From NCBI GenBank assembly GCA_963666215.2, contig CAXWPL010000004.1:672001-736000 (forward strand): a stretch of DNA of 64,000 nucleotides, given 5' to 3'. The notes beneath the pieces were generated by a model. That model was given only the letters and a program-made list of their open reading frames with translations, had not been told where the DNA came from and made no database searches. Source of the DNA: Acidobacteriota bacterium. GTDB taxonomy: Bacteria > Acidobacteriota > UBA890 > WLXD01. Numbering within the stretch: position 1 is the stretch's first letter; every line of letters begins with the position of its first letter. A program made the position numbers and the translations under genes. Positions 29,770 through 39,934 of this stretch are shown here, one piece after another.

Positions 29770-30336
29770 ATGCTCCAATGTCAGCCCTCGTCGGTCATCC
29801 GCTCCACCACGGTCTGCTGTGTGCGCCATGGCGATGCCGTGGCGATGGGATCCGACGGCCAGGTGACGCTCAACCACACCATCATGAAGGCCGGCGCGCG
29901 CAAGGTTCGGCGCATGTTCGATGATCGAGTGCTCGCCGGTTTCGCCGGCTCGTCGGCCGATGGACTGGCGCTGTTCTCGCGCTTCGAGTCGAGACTGAAG
30001 GAATACGGTGGCAACCTGCGGCGCGCGGCGGTTGAGCTCGCGCAGGACTGGCGCACCGACAAGAGCTTGCGGCAACTCGAGGCGCTGCTGATCGTGGCCG
30101 ATGCGGAGACGTCGGTCTTGGTGTCGGGTACCGGTGACGTTATCGAGCCGGACGACGGGATTCTGGTGATCGGGTCGGGGGGGTCGGTGGCGCTGGCGTC
30201 GGCACGCACATTGCTGCGACACACCGACTACGATGCGGAGCGCATTGTGCGTGAGGCGCTGACGACGGCGGCCGAGATCGACATCTACACCAATTCGAAT
30301 ATCCATGTGGAAACACTGAGCGTCGGGTTGTCATAG
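29770..30336 (+). CDS. hslV: ATP-dependent protease peptidase subunit
   Basis: STTVCCVR (Ntn Thr), DGQVT, GFAGS, WRTDK, IGSGG, DIYTN. Confidence 0.96.
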   Translation: MLQCQPSSVIRSTTVCCVRHGDAVAMGSDGQVTLNHTIMKAGARKVRRMFDDRVLAGFAGSSADGLALFSRFESRLKEYGGNLRRAAVELAQDWRTDKSLRQLEALLIVADAETSVLVSGTGDVIEPDDGILVIGSGGSVALASARTLLRHTDYDAERIVREALTTAAEIDIYTNSNIHVETLSVGLS

Positions 30337-30426
30337 GAGCCCTGCCAGAGAGAGCTCGCTGCGAGCACGGGAGCCGCCGCCGCATGCGGTCGTCCATCCG
30401 GGCGCACCTCACCAGACTCATCGATC

Positions 30427-31923
30427 ATGGTCATCTCGTTACCCGAGAAACTCGACGGCGCCGGAACAACGCCACCTATCGCCTGCGCCGACGATCTGAC
30501 GCCGCGGCAAATCGTGGCGGAGCTCGACAAGTACATCGTTGGGCAAGACGCCGCCAAGCGAGCGGTGGCGATCGCCATGCGCAACCGTTATCGACGGCTG
30601 AAGCTGACTGCGGATCTGGTTGACGAGGTTGCGCCCAAGAACATCCTGATGATCGGGCCTACCGGTGTCGGCAAAACCGAGATCTCGCGGCGCTTGTCGC
30701 GACTCACAGGTTCGCCGTTCCTCAAGGTGGAAGCAACCAAGTTCACCGAGGTCGGCTATGTGGGTCGCGACGTGGAGTCCATGGTGCGCGACCTCGTCGA
30801 GATCTCCGCCGACCTGGTACGCCAGGAACACGTGGCCGCTGTTGCGCAGAAGACGAAGGTGGCGGCCGAGGAACGGCTGCTCGACCTGCTGCTGCCGCCG
30901 GCTCCCATCCGGCCGGCGCCGCCCGTCGAGCGACCGATGTCGTCCGGTGCGGACGGGTTCCTCGACGACGCGCCCGCGGCCCCGAGTCTCGACGCCGATG
31001 ACCACGGGCCGGACCCCATGGAGAGCCGCGGCGCGCATCGCGCTACGCGCGAGAAGCTGCGGCAACAGTTGCGCCGCGGCGAGCTCAACGCGCGCTCGGT
31101 AGAGGTCCAGGTGCCCGACAACAGTGGTCCGAGCTTCCAGATCTTCTCGGGGCAAGGCGCCGAAACGATGGACGTTAGCCTCAAGGACATGCTGCCAGGC
31201 ATGTTGGGTGGCGGCGGCGGTCAGCGACGACGACGAATGCTCGTTCCGGAGGCCCTCGAGCATCTCGCACGCGAGGCTGCCGACGGGCTTATCGACGACG
31301 ACGAGGTTACCCGCGAGGCGCTCAGCCGGGCCGAGGCCTCGGGCATCATCTTTCTCGACGAGATCGACAAGGTCACGAGCCGCGAGCAGGGCCGCGGGCC
31401 CGACGTGTCGCGCGAGGGCGTACAGCGCGACATCCTGCCCATCGTCGAGGGCACGGTGGTGAAGACGCGGCACGGCATGATTCGCACCGATCACATCCTC
31501 TTTATCGCCGCCGGCGCTTTTCACGTCTCAAAGCCCAGCGACCTCATTCCTGAGCTTCAGGGACGCCTGCCGATCCGCGTGGAGCTCAACCCGCTCACTC
31601 GAGACGATCTGGCGCGCATCCTGAGCGAGCCCGAGAATTCACTGGTGCGGCAATACTGCGCGCTGCTCGCGACGGAGGGCGTTGAGGTGACCTTCACGCC
31701 GGATGCCGTGCAAGCGATCGCCGAGCTTGCCGAGCACGTGAACGAGCGCACCGAGAACATCGGCGCTCGCCGCCTCCATACGATGATGGAGCGAGTCGTC
31801 GAGGAACTGTCGTTCACTGCCCCCGAGCGTAGCGGCGAAAAGGTGACGATCGACGGCGCCGCGGTGCGTGAGGTGTTGAGCGACCTGGCCCAGGACGACG
31901 ACCTGTCGAAGTACATCCTTTGA
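30427..31923 (+). CDS. hslU: ATP-dependent protease ATPase subunit
   Basis: [43 protein letters not shown]. Confidence 0.97.
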   Translation: MVISLPEKLDGAGTTPPIACADDLTPRQIVAELDKYIVGQDAAKRAVAIAMRNRYRRLKLTADLVDEVAPKNILMIGPTGVGKTEISRRLSRLTGSPFLKVEATKFTEVGYVGRDVESMVRDLVEISADLVRQEHVAAVAQKTKVAAEERLLDLLLPPAPIRPAPPVERPMSSGADGFLDDAPAAPSLDADDHGPDPMESRGAHRATREKLRQQLRRGELNARSVEVQVPDNSGPSFQIFSGQGAETMDVSLKDMLPGMLGGGGGQRRRRMLVPEALEHLAREAADGLIDDDEVTREALSRAEASGIIFLDEIDKVTSREQGRGPDVSREGVQRDILPIVEGTVVKTRHGMIRTDHILFIAAGAFHVSKPSDLIPELQGRLPIRVELNPLTRDDLARILSEPENSLVRQYCALLATEGVEVTFTPDAVQAIAELAEHVNERTENIGARRLHTMMERVVEELSFTAPERSGEKVTIDGAAVREVLSDLAQDDDLSKYIL

Positions 31924-31978
31924 GGCGCCCAGAAGGCTACCGATTCCCCGCCGTGGGGCTCGGAGCCGTGAACCGGCT

Positions 31979-34036
31979 GTGAAACGGCTGCGCGTTCTGC
32001 TCGTCCTCGTCGGCACAGTCGCGGCCATCGGTGCTGAATCGGGTTGCGGCAGCCGCGGCGCGCCAATGCCGCCTTTACGGCCCACGCCCCCAGCCATCAC
32101 CGACTTCACCGTGACGCAGCGCGGCACCGACGGTATTGTGCGCTTTCGGTCGGTGTCGCCGGTTGTTGATGTTGATGGCGAGCCGCTCGAGCTCGACGCG
32201 ATTGAGGTCTTGATGTACGCCGAGCGCTACCCGGCGGCGACGCCGTCGTTGATATCGACCGCCCTCGAGCGCGAGCGTCGCACTCGCCTCGAAGAAGCGA
32301 TTGTGGCCGCCGAGGAAGCCGAGGCCGCCGTCGAAGCGCGCCGCGTGGCTGCCGAGTACCAAGCCCGGGTCGACGCCGCAATCGCCGCCGGCCAGGAACC
32401 GCCACCGCCACCCGAGCCCCCAGAGCCAGAGGAGGAGCTCGTCGAGGGTGAGGAGGGCGACGAGCCGCTGACCGCGGCCGAGCGTTTGCTACGTGGCGTG
32501 CCCACGCCGGTGCAGCGCGCCTGGCGCGAGGCGGGGATTCTGCCCGATGCCGTGCTCGAATCGGCCGAGCGCCTGGACAACGCGGTCGATGATCTTTGGA
32601 CCGAGCTGGCGCTGCCACTCGCGTTCATCGACCTCACGCGGCCGCCCGAACTGCCTGACCCGGTGGAGATCATCGACGCCGCGCGGCGAGTAGCCGCCCA
32701 GATTGAGTACGAGAGCGCAATGGACGTCCCGGTGTTCCTGGCCTACGCCGCCGTCGTGCGGCGGCTGGACTTCGACGAGGTGGACGCCGCGACCACGGCC
32801 GGATATGTGGAGACGTCGATCACGCTGGGTGTACCTTCCAGCGGCCCCGTTCGGACCCGTTATTTCTTCGCCGTCCGCGCCGCGTCGCTCCTTGGCACCG
32901 AGGGCGTAGTCAGCCGCGTCGCGTCGCTCGCGCCGGCTTCGGTGCCGGTCGCACCGGGCATACCGGTGGTCGACGTAGGGCCCGGCGGAATTCGGCTCGA
33001 CTGGACGCCGCCTGCCGGCAACCTGTCGGGTGAGCTGCTGCGGCCGGAGAGGCTGTCGTACAACCTCTACCGTCGAACAACGGCCGAAACTGGCTTCCCC
33101 GCCGACCCGATCAACCGATTCCCGCTGCTGGTGCCGACCTACACCGATACGACCGCAGCGCTGGGTCAGACCTACGTCTACGAGGTGCGAGCGCTTCTCC
33201 GCGCCCTGGGCGACGAACAGGGGCTTCTGCCGGGGACGCCGCCGGAGGGGACGGAAACCGCGGCAACGGGGCCCGCCGCGGGAGCGACCACCGCCAGTCG
33301 CGATAGCGCGACGACGGCTCTCGATCGAGACACCACCCCACTCGGTGTAGTTCCCACGACGCCGACCCTCGGGCGCACTGCGGCAAGCCGCGTGGTCCGC
33401 CCACGGGTCAAGGAAAGCCAGCCTAGCCGCAGCGGCGAGATCGCCGCGATCGACATCTACCCGCCAGCTCCCGCCCGTGCGCTGGAGGCGATCCGTACCG
33501 GCACACGCGTCACCCTGCGCTGGGACCCATCGCTCACGCGAGACGTTGCTGGCTACCGTGTGTACCGCCACGCGGCACCCGCGCCCGAGCTGCCGGTGCG
33601 CGCGATTCCCGGACAGGAGGCCGAAGCCGCTGAAGAACAAGGTGAAACGCCTGCCGCCGACGCAGCGGACGATCAAGGCGGTGGCGAGGTCGCTGCCGAA
33701 GAGGCTGCGCAGACGGCCGAGGCTACCGAGATCGTTGAGCCACCCGTAGAGCTGCCCGAGGATGCGCCTCCCGTAGCCAGACGTGGCGTCGCGCAGCGCA
33801 GCCCGAACCCGCTGCGGGCCGCTGGCTGGGAGCTGCTCACACCGGTGCTGCTCCCCGAGACCCGCTACGTCGATACGGCCGCAGATCGTCAAACAGGCTA
33901 CGTTTACATTGTCGAAGCGGTCGACCAGGCAGGGAATGTCAGCTCTCTCGTTGCCGCTACGGTCGACGCCGAGGTGAACCCCGACCCCGACAACCCCGCG
34001 GATTCCGAGAATTCCGAGCAGGGGCGTCGGCCGTGA
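31979..34036 (+). CDS. fibronectin type III-like lipoprotein with acidic insertions
   Basis: GCGSRGAPMPP lipoprotein start; FN3-like segments (LDWTPP...YNLYR...YTDTT...YVYEVRA; LRWDP...GYRVYR...YIVEAVDQAGN). Confidence 0.72.
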   Translation: MKRLRVLLVLVGTVAAIGAESGCGSRGAPMPPLRPTPPAITDFTVTQRGTDGIVRFRSVSPVVDVDGEPLELDAIEVLMYAERYPAATPSLISTALERERRTRLEEAIVAAEEAEAAVEARRVAAEYQARVDAAIAAGQEPPPPPEPPEPEEELVEGEEGDEPLTAAERLLRGVPTPVQRAWREAGILPDAVLESAERLDNAVDDLWTELALPLAFIDLTRPPELPDPVEIIDAARRVAAQIEYESAMDVPVFLAYAAVVRRLDFDEVDAATTAGYVETSITLGVPSSGPVRTRYFFAVRAASLLGTEGVVSRVASLAPASVPVAPGIPVVDVGPGGIRLDWTPPAGNLSGELLRPERLSYNLYRRTTAETGFPADPINRFPLLVPTYTDTTAALGQTYVYEVRALLRALGDEQGLLPGTPPEGTETAATGPAAGATTASRDSATTALDRDTTPLGVVPTTPTLGRTAASRVVRPRVKESQPSRSGEIAAIDIYPPAPARALEAIRTGTRVTLRWDPSLTRDVAGYRVYRHAAPAPELPVRAIPGQEAEAAEEQGETPAADAADDQGGGEVAAEEAAQTAEATEIVEPPVELPEDAPPVARRGVAQRSPNPLRAAGWELLTPVLLPETRYVDTAADRQTGYVYIVEAVDQAGNVSSLVAATVDAEVNPDPDNPADSENSEQGRRP

Positions 34037-35037
34037 CCGCGCGCACGAAAGAGGTTGCGTTCGTCAAGTACTCGGCCGCCGGCAACGACTTCATTGTTGT
34101 TGACGGCCGCGAAGAGGCTGTGGCGCCCGCCGACGCCGCCAATACCGCGCGCGCGCTGTGTCATCGCGGCTCCTCTGTTGGCGCCGACGGGCTGCTGCTG
34201 ATGTCGTTCGAGCAAGGTCGGCCGCGCATGCGGTTGTGGAATGCCGACGGCTCGACCGCCGAGTTCTCCGGCAACGCGGCTCGCTGCGCCGTGCGCTACG
34301 TCGTCGACGCTGGCTGGGCTGACAGTGGCGACAACAACGAAGCACAGGTGACGCTGCTCACCGACATCGGGACCGTGCACGGCAGGGTGGGCGGGCATCG
34401 CGTCCACGTAGAGATTCCAGGCGGCGCGACGGTTGTTCCGGACCTGCGAATCCGAGTCGAAGGTCGCGACCTACTCGGCACCTACGTTCTGGTAGGTGTG
34501 CCCTTCTTCGTGGTCCTGCACGACGATCCGGACGACCTGCCGGTGCGCTACCTCGGCAAGGCGATTCGCAACCATGCCGACCTGCAACCGGCGGGCGCCA
34601 ACGTTGACTTCGTTCGCGTCGACGACGAGCAGAATCTCTACTTCCGCGTCTATGAGCGCGGCGTCGAGGCCGAGACGCTGTCGTCGGGAACTGGGAGCAT
34701 CTCGGCGGCGCTCGCCGCAGCGGCTCGCGATCGCGTGTCGTCACCGGTAGCCTGCCACGCTCGAGGCGGCGTGCTAACGGTGAGCTTTCGTCGTGCCGAC
34801 GACGGCCCCGGAGGCACGTCGGGCCCGGTAGCCGACGGCGGAGGGATCAGCGACGCTCATGGGTCAGGGGAAACCGCCCTGTCTGAGGCCGACTTCGTTC
34901 GAGCTCCCGAGCCGCCGTCTCTGCTCGGCGACGCGCAGCGGCTGCGCTACGCGGACATCGCAATCGACGGCAATACACGCCGGGTGATGAGTGGCACGGC
35001 ACATGCCGAAGCGCTGCTCAGAAGGTCGCGCGGCTAG
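34033..35037 (+). CDS. dapF: diaminopimelate epimerase-like protein (Ser/Ser active site)
   Basis: GNDF, VGADG, NADGSTAEFSGNAARC, RVYERGVEAETLSSGTG. Confidence 0.85.
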   Translation: MTARTKEVAFVKYSAAGNDFIVVDGREEAVAPADAANTARALCHRGSSVGADGLLLMSFEQGRPRMRLWNADGSTAEFSGNAARCAVRYVVDAGWADSGDNNEAQVTLLTDIGTVHGRVGGHRVHVEIPGGATVVPDLRIRVEGRDLLGTYVLVGVPFFVVLHDDPDDLPVRYLGKAIRNHADLQPAGANVDFVRVDDEQNLYFRVYERGVEAETLSSGTGSISAALAAAARDRVSSPVACHARGGVLTVSFRRADDGPGGTSGPVADGGGISDAHGSGETALSEADFVRAPEPPSLLGDAQRLRYADIAIDGNTRRVMSGTAHAEALLRRSRG

Positions 35038-35650
35038 AAATACCGGCGCGCCGCCTGCAGAGCGCGCGCCAAGCAGGCGCGGCCACCAGCACACCTAGCG
35101 CGCCCGCCCGCGCGTTGAGCTGGACGTCACGTGAATCGTAGTAGCGCCGTTCCCAGAACCAGCCCTGGGTGAGCTCGTCGAGGTAGCCAACCGCCGCGGT
35201 TGCCAACACAGCGAGCGCAGCAGCCGTCACCCAACCAAAGCCCCCCGACGAGCTCGCGTCGGCGTGGGGACTGCTCGGCGTGACCAATCCGCAGTACATC
35301 AGCGCGGCCAGGCCACCGTATTCGATGTAGTGGAGCCGCTCCTGCGGGATGTCGAGCCACCACGTCCCGAGAACGTACAGCACCAACCCGAGAGCCAGGA
35401 GGGCCCGTTCGCCAGCGGTCGTCACGGCCCAAACTCGTGCCAGCAACACCACCGCCAAGGCTCCTCCGACGGCCACCACGAGCGTTGCCACGTTACCGAG
35501 CGCGGCGTCGCCCCAGCGTTCCTTGAACGCGTCGACCCAGAACCCGAGCCGTGGCTGCACCGCAAACAGCCCGCCGATGTAGGCCGCGACCCCGGCCCAG
35601 TAGGCGCGACTTCCTACGCTCACCGGGAGCGCCGGGCGCTGCTGAGCCAT
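35018..35650 (-). CDS. VanZ-like membrane protein
   Basis: Several TM helices; ERLHYIEYG and GYLDELTQ...RYYDSRDV motifs. Confidence 0.75.
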   Translation of the reverse strand: MAQQRPALPVSVGSRAYWAGVAAYIGGLFAVQPRLGFWVDAFKERWGDAALGNVATLVVAVGGALAVVLLARVWAVTTAGERALLALGLVLYVLGTWWLDIPQERLHYIEYGGLAALMYCGLVTPSSPHADASSSGGFGWVTAAALAVLATAAVGYLDELTQGWFWERRYYDSRDVQLNARAGALGVLVAAPAWRALCRRRAGISSRATF

Positions 35651-35663
35651 GAAACTTGCACGC

Positions 35664-37961
35664 TTACTGCCGCTGCACCGCCGCCTCGGGTGTTTCCCGT
35701 GCCGGGACCCCTGGGAGCAAATCGACGAAACAGCGCGTGCCAGCCTCGGCCTCGGCCTCGGCGCCACGCGTCCAAGAGATCAGCCCGTCCTCATCCGTAA
35801 AGGCGGCCGAGCGATTCGGGTAGTCCCATCGCGACAAACCTCCGGGGCGCCGGGCGCGATCGGGCGGGTCGCCCCACGCAAGTCGTACCATTTGCCGCGA
35901 CATCCCCGCGGCTAGCTCACCCGCCAGGAGCTTCCGTTTTTCTTCCTCCGACCAGGAGGACTCGGCGATCTCCGGCCAGACTGCCGTCAGCTCCTCCGCC
36001 GGCCGCAGGCTCGGTGCGAACAGCGCCCGAGTGAAGAGTTGTGCCGGGGCGTACGAGACCACACGCGCGGGCCGCAGCAGAAGCGGCCGCGCGGTCAGGT
36101 GGTCGGGCCACTCGATCGGCATCAGCGTTGCGCGATCGAAGATGGCGGAGCCTGTTTCCTGAACCGCAATCGTGATGTCGAGCGGCAGCAGCCGTACCGT
36201 CAGGGTCTCGGCATCGAGCGGCACGTCGGCTTCGAGCGTAACTCGAGTGGTGCGGCCGGCCACCGCCGCACTCACCGACTCGCGCACCGCGCCCACTTGG
36301 ATCTCGAGGCCGATCGTCGCCGTTGGGCTGAGGTCGCCGCTCGGTGCCGCACGCGCGTCGGCTACCAGCCGCACCCGACGTCCTCTCAGCTTGTGGATGA
36401 TCGCCGGTGGCAAGCTCTGCTCCAGGTAGACGGCCTGCCGCTTGCTGGAGTCCTTGAGAAGCACCCCGCTGAGCTGCGCGTCGGGCAGCGCTCGCCGCGG
36501 CACCGCCATTTCCAGCGGCGCGGTTGGCACAATGAGACGCGTCAGGTCGATGAATCCCAGTCCACGAGGCGCCTCCAAGGCTGGCGTGGTATCGGGCAAC
36601 ACTGGCGACGCAAGATCAAGCCGCCCGGCGCGTTCGCCAAGTGGACCCAGGCCGCCGACCAGGCTCCAGCAGCTCGCCGGTCGCCCGGTGATCTCGCGCG
36701 GCGCGTTCTCGTCGACAACGAGGGTGGGGTTACCCAACAGGCCGATCATCGGTTGCAGCGACCTTGCCGGGCTCGTTGACTGCCAGGCTCCATGCCAACG
36801 CTGCAGAACCAGCTCAACTGGACCGGCGACGAGCAGCTCACCGTCAGCCAGCCCCGATCCCCGCTCAGCGTCGGCGTCGCCATCGTCGGCGTCGGCGGGA
36901 TCGGCGTCGGGGTCGCGATCGATGTCAGGATCGAGATCGGCGTCGGGGTCACGGTCGGGCTCGTCGAGCTCGTCGATGCTCGCTTGGGTATCGGCTTCCG
37001 TGGGGTCGGCGGGGTCGACTTCGGCCGGCTTGCCCGCCCCTGGACCATCGCCGGAGAGCTCGCCAGCGCCGGTCGTCTCCACAACTCCCAGTGCGCGCAG
37101 CCCGCCAACGATGTCGAACAGATCGTCGAGCAGCTCCGACGGCACCGAGTAGGCACGAACGGCAATCGGGTCGCCCAGAGCGACGATGTGCTCGGGCAGC
37201 AGTTCGACGGTGCTGCGCCACCACTCGGCCGGGACATTCACTGGCGGGTCGGAGAGGGCGGTAGCAGTCCGCAATCCAAGGCCAACCAGCTCAGTCGCTT
37301 GCCGGGCGTCCGCCGGCTCGCCGCTCGCACTCCTTTCTCCCGCATCTCCCTCGCCCGTCCGATTCTCCTCGCCAGCCTCAGCAGGCTGCGCGCCCCTATC
37401 CCGTTCTTGCGCCTCGCCCGCTTCGTCGACACGGTCAAGCGACGAACGGCTGCGACCGCTGTCGGGCGCCTCGATCACAATGGCGTCGAGCGCGGCTAGC
37501 CTTCCGCTCGCCTGGCCCAGCTGCTCATCGTCGAACGCGACATAGAAGGTCTGTTCCTGCAGCACCCACGCTGAGGGACCTCCGACCGCATGCCACGGTC
37601 GTCCGAACTCATCGATTGTCTCACCGTAGTAAACGAGCACGTCGCCCGGCTCGACCTGCTGCCGAACCTCCGACGTCGTGGAAGCCTTGACGTGAAGCGC
37701 GCCGCCGTTCAGTGCGGTCGCCAGTCGCGGCACCGTATCGGTGGCAACCGTCGGGCGGGCGGCGGTCGGCAGCGGTGGTACCGGCGGCCCGACCGGCTCC
37801 GGCTCTGTCTGTGGCGAGGTCTCTGCAGATGAAGCTTGCTGTGCCAACGCCGACCGCGAAGAGCCGACTGCCGCCAAGAGCAAACTCGCGAGAACGGCGA
37901 ACCCGACACATGCCGCAAGTGAAGCCCAACCAACAATCGCGCCGCGCCGGGAGCCGTTCAT
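35664..37961 (-). CDS. large exported hypothetical protein
   Basis: Signal peptide (..ALA-QQ); acidic linkers; coupled to the ygfZ-like gene by an ATGA overlap. Confidence 0.7.
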   Translation of the reverse strand: MNGSRRGAIVGWASLAACVGFAVLASLLLAAVGSSRSALAQQASSAETSPQTEPEPVGPPVPPLPTAARPTVATDTVPRLATALNGGALHVKASTTSEVRQQVEPGDVLVYYGETIDEFGRPWHAVGGPSAWVLQEQTFYVAFDDEQLGQASGRLAALDAIVIEAPDSGRSRSSLDRVDEAGEAQERDRGAQPAEAGEENRTGEGDAGERSASGEPADARQATELVGLGLRTATALSDPPVNVPAEWWRSTVELLPEHIVALGDPIAVRAYSVPSELLDDLFDIVGGLRALGVVETTGAGELSGDGPGAGKPAEVDPADPTEADTQASIDELDEPDRDPDADLDPDIDRDPDADPADADDGDADAERGSGLADGELLVAGPVELVLQRWHGAWQSTSPARSLQPMIGLLGNPTLVVDENAPREITGRPASCWSLVGGLGPLGERAGRLDLASPVLPDTTPALEAPRGLGFIDLTRLIVPTAPLEMAVPRRALPDAQLSGVLLKDSSKRQAVYLEQSLPPAIIHKLRGRRVRLVADARAAPSGDLSPTATIGLEIQVGAVRESVSAAVAGRTTRVTLEADVPLDAETLTVRLLPLDITIAVQETGSAIFDRATLMPIEWPDHLTARPLLLRPARVVSYAPAQLFTRALFAPSLRPAEELTAVWPEIAESSWSEEEKRKLLAGELAAGMSRQMVRLAWGDPPDRARRPGGLSRWDYPNRSAAFTDEDGLISWTRGAEAEAEAGTRCFVDLLPGVPARETPEAAVQRQ

Positions 37962-39205
37962 GACTCGGCACCTGTTCCGGCGGTCGATCCAGCGGCATCA
38001 ACCGCAGACCTGGCGAGCTCGACAGCAGGCCCGATGACCGTAACCTCGACCGAAGCGCCGGCGTCCGGTGGCGCCTGTTCCACAGCGGTCGCCTGCAACC
38101 GGGCTCCCGCAATCAGCTGCTGTCGGCGCACGTAGCCAAGGCCAGCCGATCCGTCCTCTGGCCATGCCGTGGTACTGGTCACGATGCCGACATCGCTGCC
38201 CTCGAACAGCAACCTCGCGCCGCGGCTCACAGATGCGGCAAAGGACAACCTGGCAAGCAATCGATTGACGTGGCCACGGTAGTGAATCCGCGCCACTGTC
38301 TCCTGGCCGACGTAGCAGCCCTTGTCGTAGTCGACCGCACTGTCGCGACAGGCCTCCTGCGGAAACTCCGAACCCGTGAGCTCGCGGCCATGCGCCGCGA
38401 TGCCAGCGTCGATACGCAGAACTTCGGCGGCCTCGTGGCCCAGCGGCTGACACTCCGGCAACACCGAGCGGAACGCAGACCAAACCGCGGCGGCCCCGGG
38501 CGCTGGGACAAGAAGCTCGACGCCTGGAGCTCCCAAGCGTCTCGAGTGCGCAACCAGCACGTCATGACCGGCGATCTCGACGCGTTTGTGGCTGTAGTCA
38601 CCGAGCGGCTGTGGACCGACAACCGCCTCGACGGCGATCGAATTGGCCACGCCCGGTCCGAGCAGGGCAAGGATCGTGACCTCGTCGGCGCGACCGTCGA
38701 TCGTCACCGAAGAGCGCAGAATGTAGCGCCGCAGCGCGGCCAAGACGTCTTCGACCGCTACGGTGTCGGTGGCCACGATCAACTGCTGAGCTTCGCACCA
38801 AAGATCGAGATCGCCGAGAATCCGGCCCTTCTGATCGAGCAGCAACGCCTCGGCTCCGCCGCCCGGCTGCAACCTACTGACATCGTTCGACAACAGTCGC
38901 TGCAAGAAGCTCACGCGGTCGTCGCCGGCAATGGCCACCGCCGCGCGCCAAGGCCGCCAAGCCAGAGCCACACCGGAGCGCGCCGCCGCCACTTCTTTGG
39001 CAACCGAGTCGTAGCGAAGAGCGCGCAGATCTTGCCCGCGGTGGCGCGGCAACCGAGACCTGTCGGCCGCGTCCGCTCCGACGGCGCCACCTCCGCCTTC
39101 ACTCGGCGCCGATACACCCGAGTCCGGCGCCGCTCCGTTATCGAGAGCGACGATCTCCGCTCCCTCGCGACGCTGCAACTCGAGGAAGTCGGTAGCGACG
39201 GTCAT
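37958..39205 (-). CDS. YgfZ/GcvT-family folate-binding protein
   Basis: GDDRVSFLQRLLSND and DKGCYVGQETVAR signature. Confidence 0.9.
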   Translation of the reverse strand: MTVATDFLELQRREGAEIVALDNGAAPDSGVSAPSEGGGGAVGADAADRSRLPRHRGQDLRALRYDSVAKEVAAARSGVALAWRPWRAAVAIAGDDRVSFLQRLLSNDVSRLQPGGGAEALLLDQKGRILGDLDLWCEAQQLIVATDTVAVEDVLAALRRYILRSSVTIDGRADEVTILALLGPGVANSIAVEAVVGPQPLGDYSHKRVEIAGHDVLVAHSRRLGAPGVELLVPAPGAAAVWSAFRSVLPECQPLGHEAAEVLRIDAGIAAHGRELTGSEFPQEACRDSAVDYDKGCYVGQETVARIHYRGHVNRLLARLSFAASVSRGARLLFEGSDVGIVTSTTAWPEDGSAGLGYVRRQQLIAGARLQATAVEQAPPDAGASVEVTVIGPAVELARSAVDAAGSTAGTGAES

Positions 39206-39801
39206 CGGTTGCCTGGCTCGGTGGGTTCGTCGGCAGGCGGACTCTCGGCGCCCGAACTGCCGGCTGCCGTCTGCAGTCGGATCTCGACAGTGTCGCCCAC
39301 TTGGGCCGGACCAACGCGGCCTTCGAGATCGCCCGGCTGGCGAGAGAGCGCGTCGCCGTCCTGATCGAGACGCGCAATAACGTCCAGGTCGCCAGTGAGC
39401 GGCGTCCCCGGGATCATGGCGTCCCGCTCGGTAATCACGAACTGCGCTGGCAGCGTCGCCGGCAGCTGCTTGACCGCCAGCGGGGCACCACCGGTCCTGC
39501 CCGCAACACGCACCACGACGTAGATGACACCGTCGGGAACAGCGTCGGTGTGGTCTGGAGACAGCACAATGGTGCCGCTGATCCCGGCCGACGCGACCAG
39601 CTGTGCACCGCCATCGAGCGACGGCGGCGGCGGCGGCGGAATCGACGCCGCTTCCTCGCGGCCAATCGACTCGACGTTGCGCGAAACGCAGCCCGCGCCT
39701 GCTAACAACAGCGCCAGCGATACCCAACAGATCGAGCACTTCGCACGACGGTGAAATCTGGCCACAGAGCGTCCTCGTGCTCGACGTGCAGGGGTGGGCA
39801 C
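39202..39801 (-). CDS. lipoprotein resembling the CcmI/CycH C-terminal domain (start uncertain)
   Basis: GAGC lipobox; GAPLAVK...FVITERDAMIPG...VIARLDQDGDA...PGDLEG. Confidence 0.65.
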   Translation of the reverse strand: MPTPARRARGRSVARFHRRAKCSICWVSLALLLAGAGCVSRNVESIGREEAASIPPPPPPSLDGGAQLVASAGISGTIVLSPDHTDAVPDGVIYVVVRVAGRTGGAPLAVKQLPATLPAQFVITERDAMIPGTPLTGDLDVIARLDQDGDALSRQPGDLEGRVGPAQVGDTVEIRLQTAAGSSGAESPPADEPTEPGNR

Positions 39802-39934
39802 TCGGTCGGAGATGCCCGGAGCGAGCCGGTTCGGTGGGCCCGCTCGGCAATCCGACGACTTACGAACCGCAAATCGCGAGATCGAATTGTAGCAGTCGCT
39901 TTGTGGGCGCCACGACGCACGGCAAGCAACGCTT

